Shown here in pieces: positions 1-9,238 of a DNA stretch of 64,000 nucleotides (within the stretch, counting starts at the first letter, position 1; every line of letters starts with the position of its first letter). This stretch comes from Acidobacteriota bacterium. GTDB taxonomy: Bacteria > Acidobacteriota > Polarisedimenticolia > Polarisedimenticolales > JAIQFR01. The stretch covers positions 24,797 to 88,796 of the forward strand of contig JBGQAU010000001.1 in NCBI GenBank assembly GCA_041494445.1, given 5' to 3'. Below the pieces are notes generated by a model. It did not search any database and was not told where the DNA came from. It saw nothing but the letters and a program-made list of their open reading frames with translations. The position numbers were made by a program, and so were the translations under genes.

Positions 1-819
1 GGCCCTTACACCGCCGGGGCGATCGCCAGCATCGCCTTCGGGCTCCCCGAGCCGGCACTCGACGGCAACGTGAGGCGCGTCCTTTCGCGGGTCCTCGCCC
101 GTTCCGGGAGCGGCGCCGCGGAGGAGCGAACGATCCTCCGGGCGGCGCGCGATCTCGTTCGGGGCCCGGAGCCGGGGGACCTGAACCAGGCCCTGATGGA
201 GCTGGGAGCGCTCGTATGCACGCCGCGGTCACCGCGTTGCGGGGCATGCCCCGTGACGGCGGTCTGCCTCGCGCGCGCCTCGGGCGATCCGGAAGGCTTC
301 CCCGTCGGACGGCGCACGCGACGAGCGGTCCCGGGGCGGGTCGCGGTGGCGCTCATCGAGCACCGAGGCCGGGTCCTCCTTGAGCGGCGCGGCCCCGCGA
401 CTCCGTTCCGCGGCGCGTGGGATGTTCCGGCTGCCGAGGTCCCGGAGGCCGCGGACCCCGTGAGGCTCCTCCGTGCGCTCCTCGGACGGCTCGGGATCCG
501 CGTGCGGATGGGGGCAGAGATCGCACGGACACGTCACGCGATCCTGAACCGGCGGCTCCGTATCGAGGTCTTCGCCGGCCGATTGAGCGACCGGGTCGCT
601 CCGGCGCCGGATGGGGCCCGGTGGGTCCGGCTGGGAGACCTCGGCTCGGTCGCGATCTCGGGGGCGACGCGCAAGGTCCTGAGGGCCGCCGGACGGCTCG
701 TGGCCGAGCCGGGACCCGGGGCGTCTCAGAACCGCTCCCAAGGCGGAACCCAGTCCGCACCCCGCCCGCCGCGGCGCTGTGGGATCGGATCGCGATCGAG
801 CGGGCGCTCGAAGCGGTAG
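1..819 (+). CDS. mutY: A/G-specific adenine DNA glycosylase MutY, C-terminal part (5' end lies outside the window)
   Basis: Frame-1 ORF is open from nt 1. It has the 4Fe-4S loop CTPRSPRCGACPVTAVC (C-x6-C-x2-C-x5-C) followed by a NUDIX-like C-domain (FRGAWDVPAAEV). Confidence 0.85.
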   Translation, partial: GPYTAGAIASIAFGLPEPALDGNVRRVLSRVLARSGSGAAEERTILRAARDLVRGPEPGDLNQALMELGALVCTPRSPRCGACPVTAVCLARASGDPEGFPVGRRTRRAVPGRVAVALIEHRGRVLLERRGPATPFRGAWDVPAAEVPEAADPVRLLRALLGRLGIRVRMGAEIARTRHAILNRRLRIEVFAGRLSDRVAPAPDGARWVRLGDLGSVAISGATRKVLRAAGRLVAEPGPGASQNRSQGGTQSAPRPPRRCGIGSRSSGRSKR

Positions 820-1235
820 GACTTGCCTTCCATCAGCGGGATCGCGCCGAACGCGAGGTCGAGCCCCGCCCAGTAGGCCAGGAACGCGGTCACCCCCACG
901 CCCACCGCCCCGCGTTCGTCCATGATGGTGAGGACCACGAGACCCACCGCGGTGATGGCCGCCGGCGGGTAGAGCAGGAAACGGAGAAAGCGCGCGTGCG
1001 TCCGGCCCGGGTTCGACAGGGCGGCGTCCCTCCCGAACCTCCCGATCGTGAATCCGATCGACAGACCGGAGAGCAGCACGACATACTCGAGCCAGCGTAA
1101 CCTCTCGTCCACGAGCCCACCCAGGCTTCGCCAGGGGGCGGCGACGACGTAGAGGACCAGGATCCAGACGAGAAGCCAAAGGGCGCCGGCGAGCTTGCGT
1201 TTCCAGGGCCGAGGAGCCGGGGCGCGGCGTTTCAT
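726..1235 (-). CDS. Small integral membrane protein, function unknown
   Basis: 169 aa from ATG 1235 (MKRRAPAPRPWKRKLAGALWLLVWILVLYVV...) with about four hydrophobic helices. The longer 344-aa ORF-track version has an Arg/Pro-rich junk N-terminus, so I truncated it. The 3' end overlaps the mutY 3' end by 94 nt. Confidence 0.6.
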   Translation of the reverse strand: MKRRAPAPRPWKRKLAGALWLLVWILVLYVVAAPWRSLGGLVDERLRWLEYVVLLSGLSIGFTIGRFGRDAALSNPGRTHARFLRFLLYPPAAITAVGLVVLTIMDERGAVGVGVTAFLAYWAGLDLAFGAIPLMEGKSYRFERPLDRDPIPQRRGGRGADWVPPWERF

Positions 1236-1336
1236 GGTGCCATCCGTCGGGCGGCGCTCCGGGACCGCTCGGGAAGATGGCTTCCCGGCGAGGGGGCGTC
1301 CAGCACCCGGGTTGCGCCGCTGCAACCTGTCCTTCG

Positions 1337-2536
1337 CTATCCGAGCAGGACCAGATCCCTCTGCATCGGGCCCGCCACGTCGACCTTCCCGGAGGGGGTG
1401 ACGAACACGTCGATCTCGCTTCGTACCGCCATGCTCCCGGCGAGGTAGATCCCCGGCTCGATGGAGAAGCAGATCCCGGGCACGAGCAGGCGCTCGTCGC
1501 GCGTTTCGAGGTTGTCGATGTTCACCCCGTTCCCGTGGACCGAGACGCCGATGCTGTGCCCCGTCCGGTGGAGGAACTCCTTGCCGTAGCCCGCGGCGGC
1601 CACGACGTTCCTGCATGCGTCGTCCACCTCCCAGCCGTGGACCGGCTTGCCGGCGGCGAACCGGCCGCGGACGAACTCGAGGGCGGCGTCGCGGGCATCG
1701 CGGACCACGCGGAAGATTTCGACGTACTTCGCCTTGGGCTCCTTCCCGGCGAAGCCGCACCAGGTGATGTCGTAGTAGATCCCCACCGGCTCCTTACGCC
1801 TCGCCCAGACGTCCACGAGGATCGTGTCGCCGGGCTTCAGCGTGTACGCGTTCTCGCGCGTCGGCTCGAAGTGGGGGTCGGCGGGGTGGTCGTTGAACCC
1901 GATGATCGGGCTGTCCCCGTCGCACGTGAGCCCCTCGGCCTCGAAGCGGGACACGACGTGCTCCTTGACGTTGAACTCGGTCAGCGCCCTCCCCCGGCGG
2001 AGGGCGTCGGCCATCATCTCGAACGCTTCGTCCTTGATCCGCTGGACTTTCTCCCCCGCCTCGACGTGGCTCCGGTAGCCCGCCTCGTCGATCACAGCCT
2101 CGAACTCCTGGACGAGATCGGCGGAGGAAACGACCTCGTGGCCGAACGAGCGGACGAGCTCCACCGTGCCCGCGTCCACCACCGCGACGTACGGGATCGC
2201 GTTCAGCGGCGAGTACTGCATGGCGATGCGCTTCGGCGCTCCCAGCGCGGCGCGCAGCCTCTCGTGCAGCTCCGTCCACGCCAGAAAGAACTCCTGCCTC
2301 CCCGGGAGCGGGTCGAGCTTGCGGGGCTCGACCCTGTGGGAGAGCTTCGAGGGCTCCCCCTCGGCGGGGACGAAGTAGTACCAGCGGCGCGACGTGATCC
2401 CCGAAGGGTCGAGGCCCAGGATCTTGTAGGCCATCAGGTCGCGGTGGTGGAAGTCGCAGAAGAGCCAGCCGTCGAGGCGGGCGCGGCGCAGGGCTTGCTG
2501 GATCGCGGCGAGGTCCATCCGGGTTTCCTCCTGCAA
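1337..2536 (-). CDS. M24 family Xaa-Pro aminopeptidase/dipeptidase (creatinase-prolidase fold)
   Basis: 399-aa ORF with pita-bread fold motifs (YYDITWCGF, HRTGHSIGVSVHG, FSIEPGIY). An alternative start is ATG 2518 (MDLAAIQ). Confidence 0.85.
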   Translation of the reverse strand: MQEETRMDLAAIQQALRRARLDGWLFCDFHHRDLMAYKILGLDPSGITSRRWYYFVPAEGEPSKLSHRVEPRKLDPLPGRQEFFLAWTELHERLRAALGAPKRIAMQYSPLNAIPYVAVVDAGTVELVRSFGHEVVSSADLVQEFEAVIDEAGYRSHVEAGEKVQRIKDEAFEMMADALRRGRALTEFNVKEHVVSRFEAEGLTCDGDSPIIGFNDHPADPHFEPTRENAYTLKPGDTILVDVWARRKEPVGIYYDITWCGFAGKEPKAKYVEIFRVVRDARDAALEFVRGRFAAGKPVHGWEVDDACRNVVAAAGYGKEFLHRTGHSIGVSVHGNGVNIDNLETRDERLLVPGICFSIEPGIYLAGSMAVRSEIDVFVTPSGKVDVAGPMQRDLVLLG

Positions 2537-2570
2537 AAGAAGAAACCCTACACTCCGCCGCGAGCGGGTG

Positions 2571-3026
2571 TCAAACCTCCGGGGAGGAGCGCGCCCCGGC
2601 CCTCTTCCTGAAGCGAGCGTTGCGTTCCACGACCTCCTTCAGGGTCGTGCGGTCAAGGATCGCCGCGGCCGCGTTCCGGACGTCCATCAGAACCTCGTAG
2701 AACCCCGCGTGCCGCGGGCTCCGGTGCATCAGCTCGCGAAGCTCCGCGGCGCTGCCCATCGGGGCGAGCGGGCCGTCGAGGAGCCTGATGACCTCGGCGA
2801 GGACGATCTCCTCGGGCGGCCTCGCCAGCGCGTACCCGCCGTCGATCCCCCGCCGGCTCCTTACGATCCCCGCGGCCTTCATCTGGAGAAGGATCCCCTC
2901 GAGAAACTTGGAGGGGATCGACTCGAGGCGCGCGATCTCGCGGATCTGCACGACCCCCTCGCCGTGCCGCTCCGCGAGATGGCACAGAGCGCGGATGCCG
3001 TACTCCCCCTTCTTCGAGACCTTCAC
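2571..3026 (-). CDS. Rrf2 family transcriptional regulator
   Basis: MKVSKKGEYGIRALCHLA...IPSKFLEGILLQMKAAGIVRSRRGIDGGYALARP is a typical Rrf2 winged helix. No C-terminal Cys cluster is present. It lies directly upstream of the M24 peptidase gene. Confidence 0.85.
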   Translation of the reverse strand: MKVSKKGEYGIRALCHLAERHGEGVVQIREIARLESIPSKFLEGILLQMKAAGIVRSRRGIDGGYALARPPEEIVLAEVIRLLDGPLAPMGSAAELRELMHRSPRHAGFYEVLMDVRNAAAAILDRTTLKEVVERNARFRKRAGARSSPEV

Positions 3027-3118
3027 GCTCGTCCTTGCCTTCCCGAGTTAGTCCATCGGGAAGATAGGATATACGCCATTCCCCCCGCTCCCGGCAATCC
3101 CGAGGGGCCGCCCGGACG

Positions 3119-4096
3119 TCACGCCGCGGCGCGGACCTCCGCGAAGAACGCCTCCACCGCGTCGAGGAAAGCGCTCGAGGAATGGAGCGAGCTGATGCGC
3201 GTCCTGAGATCGCGGCCGCCGGCGAGACCGTGGGTGTACCAGCCGGTGAAGGTGCGGAGCTTGTGGAGCGCGAGCCTCGGATCCTCCTGCTCGGCCACGA
3301 GACGGAAGTGGCGGAGGATCAGGTCCCGCCGGTCCTCGATCGTCGGCTCCGCGGGAACCCTCCCGGCCAGGAGGTCCGCCGCCTGCCGGTAGATCCAGGG
3401 GTTCTTCATGGACGCGCGCCCGATCATCACCGCGTCGCAGCCGGTCTCGCGGAACATCCGCGCCGCGTCGGCGGCCGAGGTCACGTCGCCGTTCCCGATC
3501 ACGGGGATCGAGAGCGCCTCCTTGAGGCGCGCGATCCGGCTCCAGTCGGCGGCTCCGCCGAACATCTGCTTCGCGGTCCGAGGATGGAGCGTCACCGCCT
3601 CGGCCCCCTCCGCCTCGCAGATGCACCCCAGCTCGACGAAGTTGACCCGGTCGTCCCGCAGCCCCGCACGGAACTTCACCGTGAGCGGGATCCGGATCGC
3701 GCGGCGCACCGTCGCGACGATCCGCCTCGCGAGATCGAGGTCCCCCATGAGGCTGCACCCGGCACATCCCCTAAGAACCTTGTTCGCGGGGCAGCCCATG
3801 TTGACGTCGCACGCGTCCGCTCCGATGCCCTCGACGACGCGCGCCGCTTCGGCCATCCGGGCGGGGTCCGAGCCGTAGAGCTGGACGGAGATCGGCCGCT
3901 CCTCCTCCGCGAACCGCATCAGGGCGCGCGTGCGCTCGTTCCCCCGCGTCATCCCCTCCGAGGAGATGAACTCCATCGTCACCAGGCCGACCCCGCCGAT
4001 TCGCCGGAGAACCACGCGGAACTGCCGATCCGTGATCCCCGCCATCGGCGCGAGGACCAGGGGCGGATCGATCTCGAGGGACCCCAGACGCGCCAT
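3119..4096 (-). CDS. dus: tRNA-dihydrouridine synthase
   Basis: LAPMAGITDRQFR, catalytic-Cys motif VNMGCP and GNGDV are Dus family TIM-barrel signatures. Confidence 0.9.
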   Translation of the reverse strand: MARLGSLEIDPPLVLAPMAGITDRQFRVVLRRIGGVGLVTMEFISSEGMTRGNERTRALMRFAEEERPISVQLYGSDPARMAEAARVVEGIGADACDVNMGCPANKVLRGCAGCSLMGDLDLARRIVATVRRAIRIPLTVKFRAGLRDDRVNFVELGCICEAEGAEAVTLHPRTAKQMFGGAADWSRIARLKEALSIPVIGNGDVTSAADAARMFRETGCDAVMIGRASMKNPWIYRQAADLLAGRVPAEPTIEDRRDLILRHFRLVAEQEDPRLALHKLRTFTGWYTHGLAGGRDLRTRISSLHSSSAFLDAVEAFFAEVRAAA

Positions 4097-4130
4097 GGGG
4101 GGATTGTATCAGCCGGGACGGGGACCGGCC

Positions 4131-4913
4131 TCAGCGCCCCTTGAATCGCGGCGGACGCCCCTCCGCGAAGGCCCGGAGAGCCTCCATCCGATCGTCGGTG
4201 GCGATCAACGCCTGGTAGCACTCCCACTCGTGGGCCAGCGCCTCGGCGATCGGCAGGTCGAATCCGCCGTCGATCGCCCTCTTCGCCAGGCGCACGGCCA
4301 CCGGGCCGTTCGCCGCGATGGCCTCCGCGAGACGCCGGGCCTCGGCGTCGAGCCTTTCCGCGGCGACCACCTTGTCGGCCACGCCGTCCGCGAGCGCCTC
4401 GGCGGCGGAGAACGCCTTCGCGGTGAAGATCCACCGCTTGGCCCGGGCGAGGCCGGCGATCCGCGCGAGACGCTGGGTCCCGCCGGCGCCGGGGAGCACG
4501 GCCAGAGCGGTCTCCCGGAGCCCCATGGTGGCGTCCTCGGCCACCACGCGGAGGTCGCACGCCAGCGCGAGCTCGCACCCTCCTCCGACCGCCGCGCCGC
4601 GGATCGCCGCGACGGACGGAAACGGCAGCGAGGCGACCGCGGAGACCGCGCTCCCCAGCATCGTGACGAAGGAGCGCACCTCGTCCACGCTCATCGTCTG
4701 GCGCTCCTTCAGGTCGGCGCCGGCGCAGAAGTGGCGCTGGGACGACCGGACGATCAGGCAGCGCGCCTCGTCGTCCTTCCTGAGCCTCGCCACCGCCCGC
4801 CCCAGGTCCTCGACCAGCTCGAATCCCAGCGCGTTGACGGGAGGACGGTCCAGCGTGAGGACGCGGATGCCGTCCTCGGTTCTCTCGATCCGCACCCAAC
4901 GGAGATCGATCAT
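4131..4913 (-). CDS. Enoyl-CoA hydratase/isomerase (crotonase) family protein
   Basis: FCAGADLKE and GAAVGGGCELALACDLRV motifs; 260 aa. Confidence 0.9.
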   Translation of the reverse strand: MIDLRWVRIERTEDGIRVLTLDRPPVNALGFELVEDLGRAVARLRKDDEARCLIVRSSQRHFCAGADLKERQTMSVDEVRSFVTMLGSAVSAVASLPFPSVAAIRGAAVGGGCELALACDLRVVAEDATMGLRETALAVLPGAGGTQRLARIAGLARAKRWIFTAKAFSAAEALADGVADKVVAAERLDAEARRLAEAIAANGPVAVRLAKRAIDGGFDLPIAEALAHEWECYQALIATDDRMEALRAFAEGRPPRFKGR

Positions 4914-5005
4914 CGCCCACTCCGCTCCGAGAAGAGCTTCTCCCGGGCGACCGTACGCCGACCTCGTGGATTATAGCGGGAATGGGGAGGCGCGTGAGGA
5001 GGGGG

Positions 5006-7333
5006 TCAGCTCTGCCCGCGGCCGGCGTCCGTGTTCGCCAGGATCTCGGTCGCGGTGCGGATCAGGTCCGTGATGTCGAACGGCTTGTGGACCACCGCGG
5101 CGATCCCCTTCTCCCGGACGTCTGCTTCGTCGAGGCTCGTACCCCAGCCCGTGACGAGGGCCACCGGGAGGCCGGGTCGAACCTGGCCGATGCGCTCGGC
5201 GACCTCCCATCCGGACATGTCGGGCATGCCCAGGTCCGTGAAGACCATGTCGTAGGAGGAGACGGTCGCGAGCCGGATCCCGTCCGCACCGCAGACCGCC
5301 ATGTCCACCGAGTGTCCCTCCGAGACCAGCACGTCACGAACGACCTCGCCGACTTCGGCCTCGTCGTCGATGACGAGAATCCTGCCGGGGCGCAGGAGCT
5401 GAGGAAGTGCGGCCCCGTCCCCGCCGGCGGCCTTGAATCCCTCTCGCGCCACGGGGAGCTCCAGCACGAAGGTCGTGCCCCTGCCCATCGCCGTCTTGAC
5501 TTCGATCCGCCCCTCGTGCCGCGTCATGATTCCGTAGGCCACGCTGAGGCCGAGCCCCATGCCCCGGGTCCCCTTGGTGGTGAAGAAGGGATCGAACAGC
5601 TGCTTGCGAATCTCCGCGGTCATCCCGACGCCGCTGTCCTCGACCTCCGCCACCACCTTGTCCCCTGCCCCCCGGCACGCAAGCCGGAGCTTCCCGCCCT
5701 GCGGCATCGCGTCCACGGCGTTCAGGATCAGGTTGGTGAACACCTCGCGCAGCTCCGCCCCGTTGCCCAGCACCGGCGGCACGTCCTCGGTCTCCACGGA
5801 GACCTGGAAGCTGATGTTCCGGCGCTCGGCCTCGGACTTCCAGCGCGACCGCGTGATCTCCAGCGAATCCCGGATCACCTCTCTCAGGTCCACCGGGACG
5901 AACTTCCGGTCGCGACGGATGCGCGAGAAGTCCTGGATCCTGCGGATCGTCTCCCGGCCGTCCTGGGCCGCTTTCTCGATGACGGTGAGGTCGCGGTCCA
6001 CGTCGGAGCTGAACCCGCGGCGCCTGAGCAGCTGGACGCGCCCGAGGATCGCGCCGAGGAGATTGTTGAAGTCATGAGCGACCCCCCCGGCCAGCTCGCC
6101 CAGAGCCCGGAGTTTCTCGGTCTCCGCCAGCCGGTCGCGAAGCTGGCGCGCCTCGGTGGTGTCGATGAGGAGGCACTCGGCGGCGGGCCTGCCGCGGTAC
6201 TCGATCCGGCTTCCCCTGAGCTCCAGATGGCGGATCTTCCCCGACGCGTCCCGGCCCAGCACCTCGACGGAGGCCGTCGCCTCCCCGCGGAGCCACACGT
6301 CGATCCGGCCGCGCACCAACGCCGACGACGAGGAGTCGAAGATCCGGACCAGGTCGAATCCCGGTGCGCACGCCTCCTCCATGGTGACGCCGAAGGTCTC
6401 CTCGAAGGCTCGGTTGACGAACCGGACACGCTTGTCCTGCACGATCAGGATCATGTCCGGGGAGTGCTCGACGAGGGTCTTGTACTGGGCCTCGGACTCC
6501 TCGAGGGCTCGGGTGCGCTCGAGCACCTGCTCCTCCAGAGTGCTGTTGAGCGACTCGAGCGCCGCCTGGAACTCGGAGGATTCCCTGGCCTTCTCCTGCA
6601 CTCTGTCCATCATCACGTTGAACGCTCGCCCGAGCTCCACGAACTCCCTCGCGCCGGCCACGGAAATCCGGTGCGCCGTGTCGCCGGAGGAGAGCGCCTC
6701 GGTTCCCTTGGCGAGGTCCCGGAGCGGCGCGGTGGCCTTCCTCGCGACCCAGATCGCCGCGGCGATTGCGCCCACGGCCAGCGTGAGCCCGAGGGCGACC
6801 AGGTGACCGACGATCCTGCGAAGGCGCTCGTTGACCTGCTCGCAGGAGAGACCGACACGGACGGCGCCCCACGGCTCGTTCGCCCCCTCCACGCGAACCG
6901 GAACCACGACCTCGAGGACCTGCTCGGAGCCCCCCGAGGCGTTGTCCATGATGCGGTCCGAGAATCCGGCCTCGCGCGGGACACGAGCCAGCGCGGAGGA
7001 GACGCCGACGATCGCGGGCGCCCGGCCGGCCACACCCGCGACGACCCCTTCCTTGTCGTGGATCACCACGTACACGAGCCCGGTGTCGCCCAACGCGCCA
7101 TCGGCCGCTATCTGGAGGGCCGGGTAGTTGTAGGCCAGCAGGGACGGGGTGGCCACCGCGCCGATGCTCCGGGCGATGGAGAGGCCGCGCGCCTCGAGCC
7201 CCTCGCGCAGTGTCTCCTCGACGCGGGACCGCACGACCAGGAGCGTCGCCGATATGACCACGAACACGAGGAGCGTCGTGGCGACGGCGAAGCTCTGAGC
7301 GAGCGTCCTCGCTCGGAACAGGCGGGCGATCAT
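5006..7333 (-). CDS. Hybrid sensor histidine kinase (periplasmic sensor, HAMP, PAS, HisKA, HATPase_c, receiver)
   Basis: Two TM segments flank a sensor domain of about 150 aa. The H-box is GGVAHDFNNLLGAI, the N/G boxes are NLILNAVDAM and DSGVGM..GTRGMGLGLS, and the C-terminal REC has ILVIDDE and FTDLGMPDMSG. Confidence 0.9.
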   Translation of the reverse strand: MIARLFRARTLAQSFAVATTLLVFVVISATLLVVRSRVEETLREGLEARGLSIARSIGAVATPSLLAYNYPALQIAADGALGDTGLVYVVIHDKEGVVAGVAGRAPAIVGVSSALARVPREAGFSDRIMDNASGGSEQVLEVVVPVRVEGANEPWGAVRVGLSCEQVNERLRRIVGHLVALGLTLAVGAIAAAIWVARKATAPLRDLAKGTEALSSGDTAHRISVAGAREFVELGRAFNVMMDRVQEKARESSEFQAALESLNSTLEEQVLERTRALEESEAQYKTLVEHSPDMILIVQDKRVRFVNRAFEETFGVTMEEACAPGFDLVRIFDSSSSALVRGRIDVWLRGEATASVEVLGRDASGKIRHLELRGSRIEYRGRPAAECLLIDTTEARQLRDRLAETEKLRALGELAGGVAHDFNNLLGAILGRVQLLRRRGFSSDVDRDLTVIEKAAQDGRETIRRIQDFSRIRRDRKFVPVDLREVIRDSLEITRSRWKSEAERRNISFQVSVETEDVPPVLGNGAELREVFTNLILNAVDAMPQGGKLRLACRGAGDKVVAEVEDSGVGMTAEIRKQLFDPFFTTKGTRGMGLGLSVAYGIMTRHEGRIEVKTAMGRGTTFVLELPVAREGFKAAGGDGAALPQLLRPGRILVIDDEAEVGEVVRDVLVSEGHSVDMAVCGADGIRLATVSSYDMVFTDLGMPDMSGWEVAERIGQVRPGLPVALVTGWGTSLDEADVREKGIAAVVHKPFDITDLIRTATEILANTDAGRGQS

Positions 7334-8988
7334 GACGCTCCGTCGCCCACGGCGAGCCAGACGTGCTCAAGGTTCAGGCTGGCTATGCCCAGGGGTGTCG
7401 GCTCGAAGCCGTGCACGGTCCTGCGCACCGCGACGACCGCCAGCGTGTGGTACAGCGGCACCAGAGGCGCCATCCCGAGGATGTGCTTCTCCGCCTCCCG
7501 GTAGATCTTCGCCCGCGTCACCGGGTTCATCTCCCGCGCGCCCGCCTCGAGCAGGGCGTCGGTCTCCGCGTCGAGGAAGTCGAAATAGTTCGCCGAGTTG
7601 CCCGACTGGAACAGTGTCCTCAGGAACGCGTCCGGGTCGGTGAGGTCGGCGATCCACGCCAGCACGAACGCCGGCGCGTCGTGGTCGTCGGTCCGTTTTG
7701 TCAGCTCGCTCCAGGTGACGTCCCGCACGTCGAGCCTTATCCCTACCGCCTCGAGGTCCGAGCGGATCTGCGCCTGTACCCGCAAGCTCGCCTTGCTCCG
7801 CGAGGCGTTGTAGAGAACGATCGGCCTAAGGCCGCGCCCGCCCGGGTGCCCCGCCTCGGCCAGGAGCTGCCGCGCCCTGGCGGGATCGTGCGGAAGCGCC
7901 TTGAGGTCCGGGGAATAGCCGGGCATGCCCGGAGGCAGGATGCCCACGGCGAAGCGTCGGACCAGCGGGGACTGTTTCACCAGCGCCTCGCGATCGATCG
8001 CCATGGCCGCGGCTTGGCGCACGCGCACGTCGTCGAGGGGCGGGGTGCCCGTGAGGAAGCCCAGGAACGAGACGCTCAGCTCCTGGTACCGCAGCACCCT
8101 CGCCCGAGGGTCTTGGGCGGCTGCGTCCATGTGTTCCCTGGACACGTCGTAGAGGTCCACCTCGCCCCGGTCGAATCGGCCGGCGCCGAGGTCCGTCTCG
8201 TCGGGTCCCATGAAGAGGATGTCCGTGCCGTCGAGGTAAGGCGCGCCGCCGAAGTAGTCCGGGTTCGCGGCGAGGCGAAGCCCTTGCGGCGTCCACGAGA
8301 CGAGACGGAACGGCCCCGTGCCGACCGGCGCGCGCCCGAACGCCTCGTCCCCGAGCCGCTCGGCGACGCGACGCGGCACGACCCTGAGGCCGTCCATCGC
8401 CATGACGTCCAGGAACGAGAGATACGGCCTGTCCAGGCGGATCCGGATCGTGAGCGGGTCGGGCGCGTCGACACCGGGAAGGTCCGGTCGCTTCCCCGCC
8501 GCGAAGTCCATCGCTCCCGAAACCACGGCCAGGTACGAAAACGCGACGCTCCTCTTCTTCCGGCCGGGCTCGAGAACGCGCCGGATCGAGAACAGCACGT
8601 CATCGGAGGTCAGCGGGCTTCCGTCGTGGAACCGGACACCCGACCTCAGATGGAAGGTATAGGTGAGCCCGTCCTTGGAGATGACCCAGGTGTCGGCCAG
8701 CCCCGGCACGACATGGAGGCCGGCATCGAGGGCCACGAGTCCGTCGAAGATCTGGTTGACCGGGAAAGACTCGTAAACCGTCGTCGTGAGGGCGGGATCG
8801 AGGGTCGCGGGGGCCTCCTCGACCATGCGGAGGACGCCGCCGCGCCGCGGCCCGGACCTCCCGGCCTGCTGCGCGGACGCCGCCCCGGGACCGGAGCATC
8901 CGACGAGGAGCACCGACAGCCCGAGAACGGCCGTGAACAGAAGAAGCGAATGGAGACCCGCCGGGATGTCCTTCCGTAGGGACGGCAC
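7330..8988 (-). CDS. Family-5 (peptide/nickel type) solute-binding lipoprotein, orphan
   Basis: Signal peptide with lipobox LLVGC. The overall SBP_bac_5 look includes DTWVISKDGLTYTFHLRSGVRFHDG. Its stop overlaps the kinase ATG (ATGA at 7330-7333). No permease or ATPase genes are adjacent. Confidence 0.8.
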   Translation of the reverse strand: MPSLRKDIPAGLHSLLLFTAVLGLSVLLVGCSGPGAASAQQAGRSGPRRGGVLRMVEEAPATLDPALTTTVYESFPVNQIFDGLVALDAGLHVVPGLADTWVISKDGLTYTFHLRSGVRFHDGSPLTSDDVLFSIRRVLEPGRKKRSVAFSYLAVVSGAMDFAAGKRPDLPGVDAPDPLTIRIRLDRPYLSFLDVMAMDGLRVVPRRVAERLGDEAFGRAPVGTGPFRLVSWTPQGLRLAANPDYFGGAPYLDGTDILFMGPDETDLGAGRFDRGEVDLYDVSREHMDAAAQDPRARVLRYQELSVSFLGFLTGTPPLDDVRVRQAAAMAIDREALVKQSPLVRRFAVGILPPGMPGYSPDLKALPHDPARARQLLAEAGHPGGRGLRPIVLYNASRSKASLRVQAQIRSDLEAVGIRLDVRDVTWSELTKRTDDHDAPAFVLAWIADLTDPDAFLRTLFQSGNSANYFDFLDAETDALLEAGAREMNPVTRAKIYREAEKHILGMAPLVPLYHTLAVVAVRRTVHGFEPTPLGIASLNLEHVWLAVGDGAS

Positions 8989-9238
8989 CTGCTTTCCCCC
9001 TTGCAGAAGCGAGGTCGCTCCCAGCGGAAAACATCGTGGCTGCGCGGGGTCAAGTCAAGTCGGCGGCCCCCGGGAGCGGCGGGAGGCCACCGGTACCGAA
9101 GTCGAACGGCCCCGGGTGGATGAGCCCGAAGCCTCGACGTATGATGGAGATCGTTCCCGAACGGAGGACCGCGTGGAGACGGACGTTCGCAGGAATCCCG
9201 GCCTGCTCAAGCTGGACCTCTATTGCAGGGGCGTGAGG

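Noticed and set aside
4982-7504. 840-aa plus-strand ORF over the histidine-kinase locus
   Set aside because: Junk composition, whereas the opposite strand carries a complete kinase with H, N and G boxes and a REC domain.
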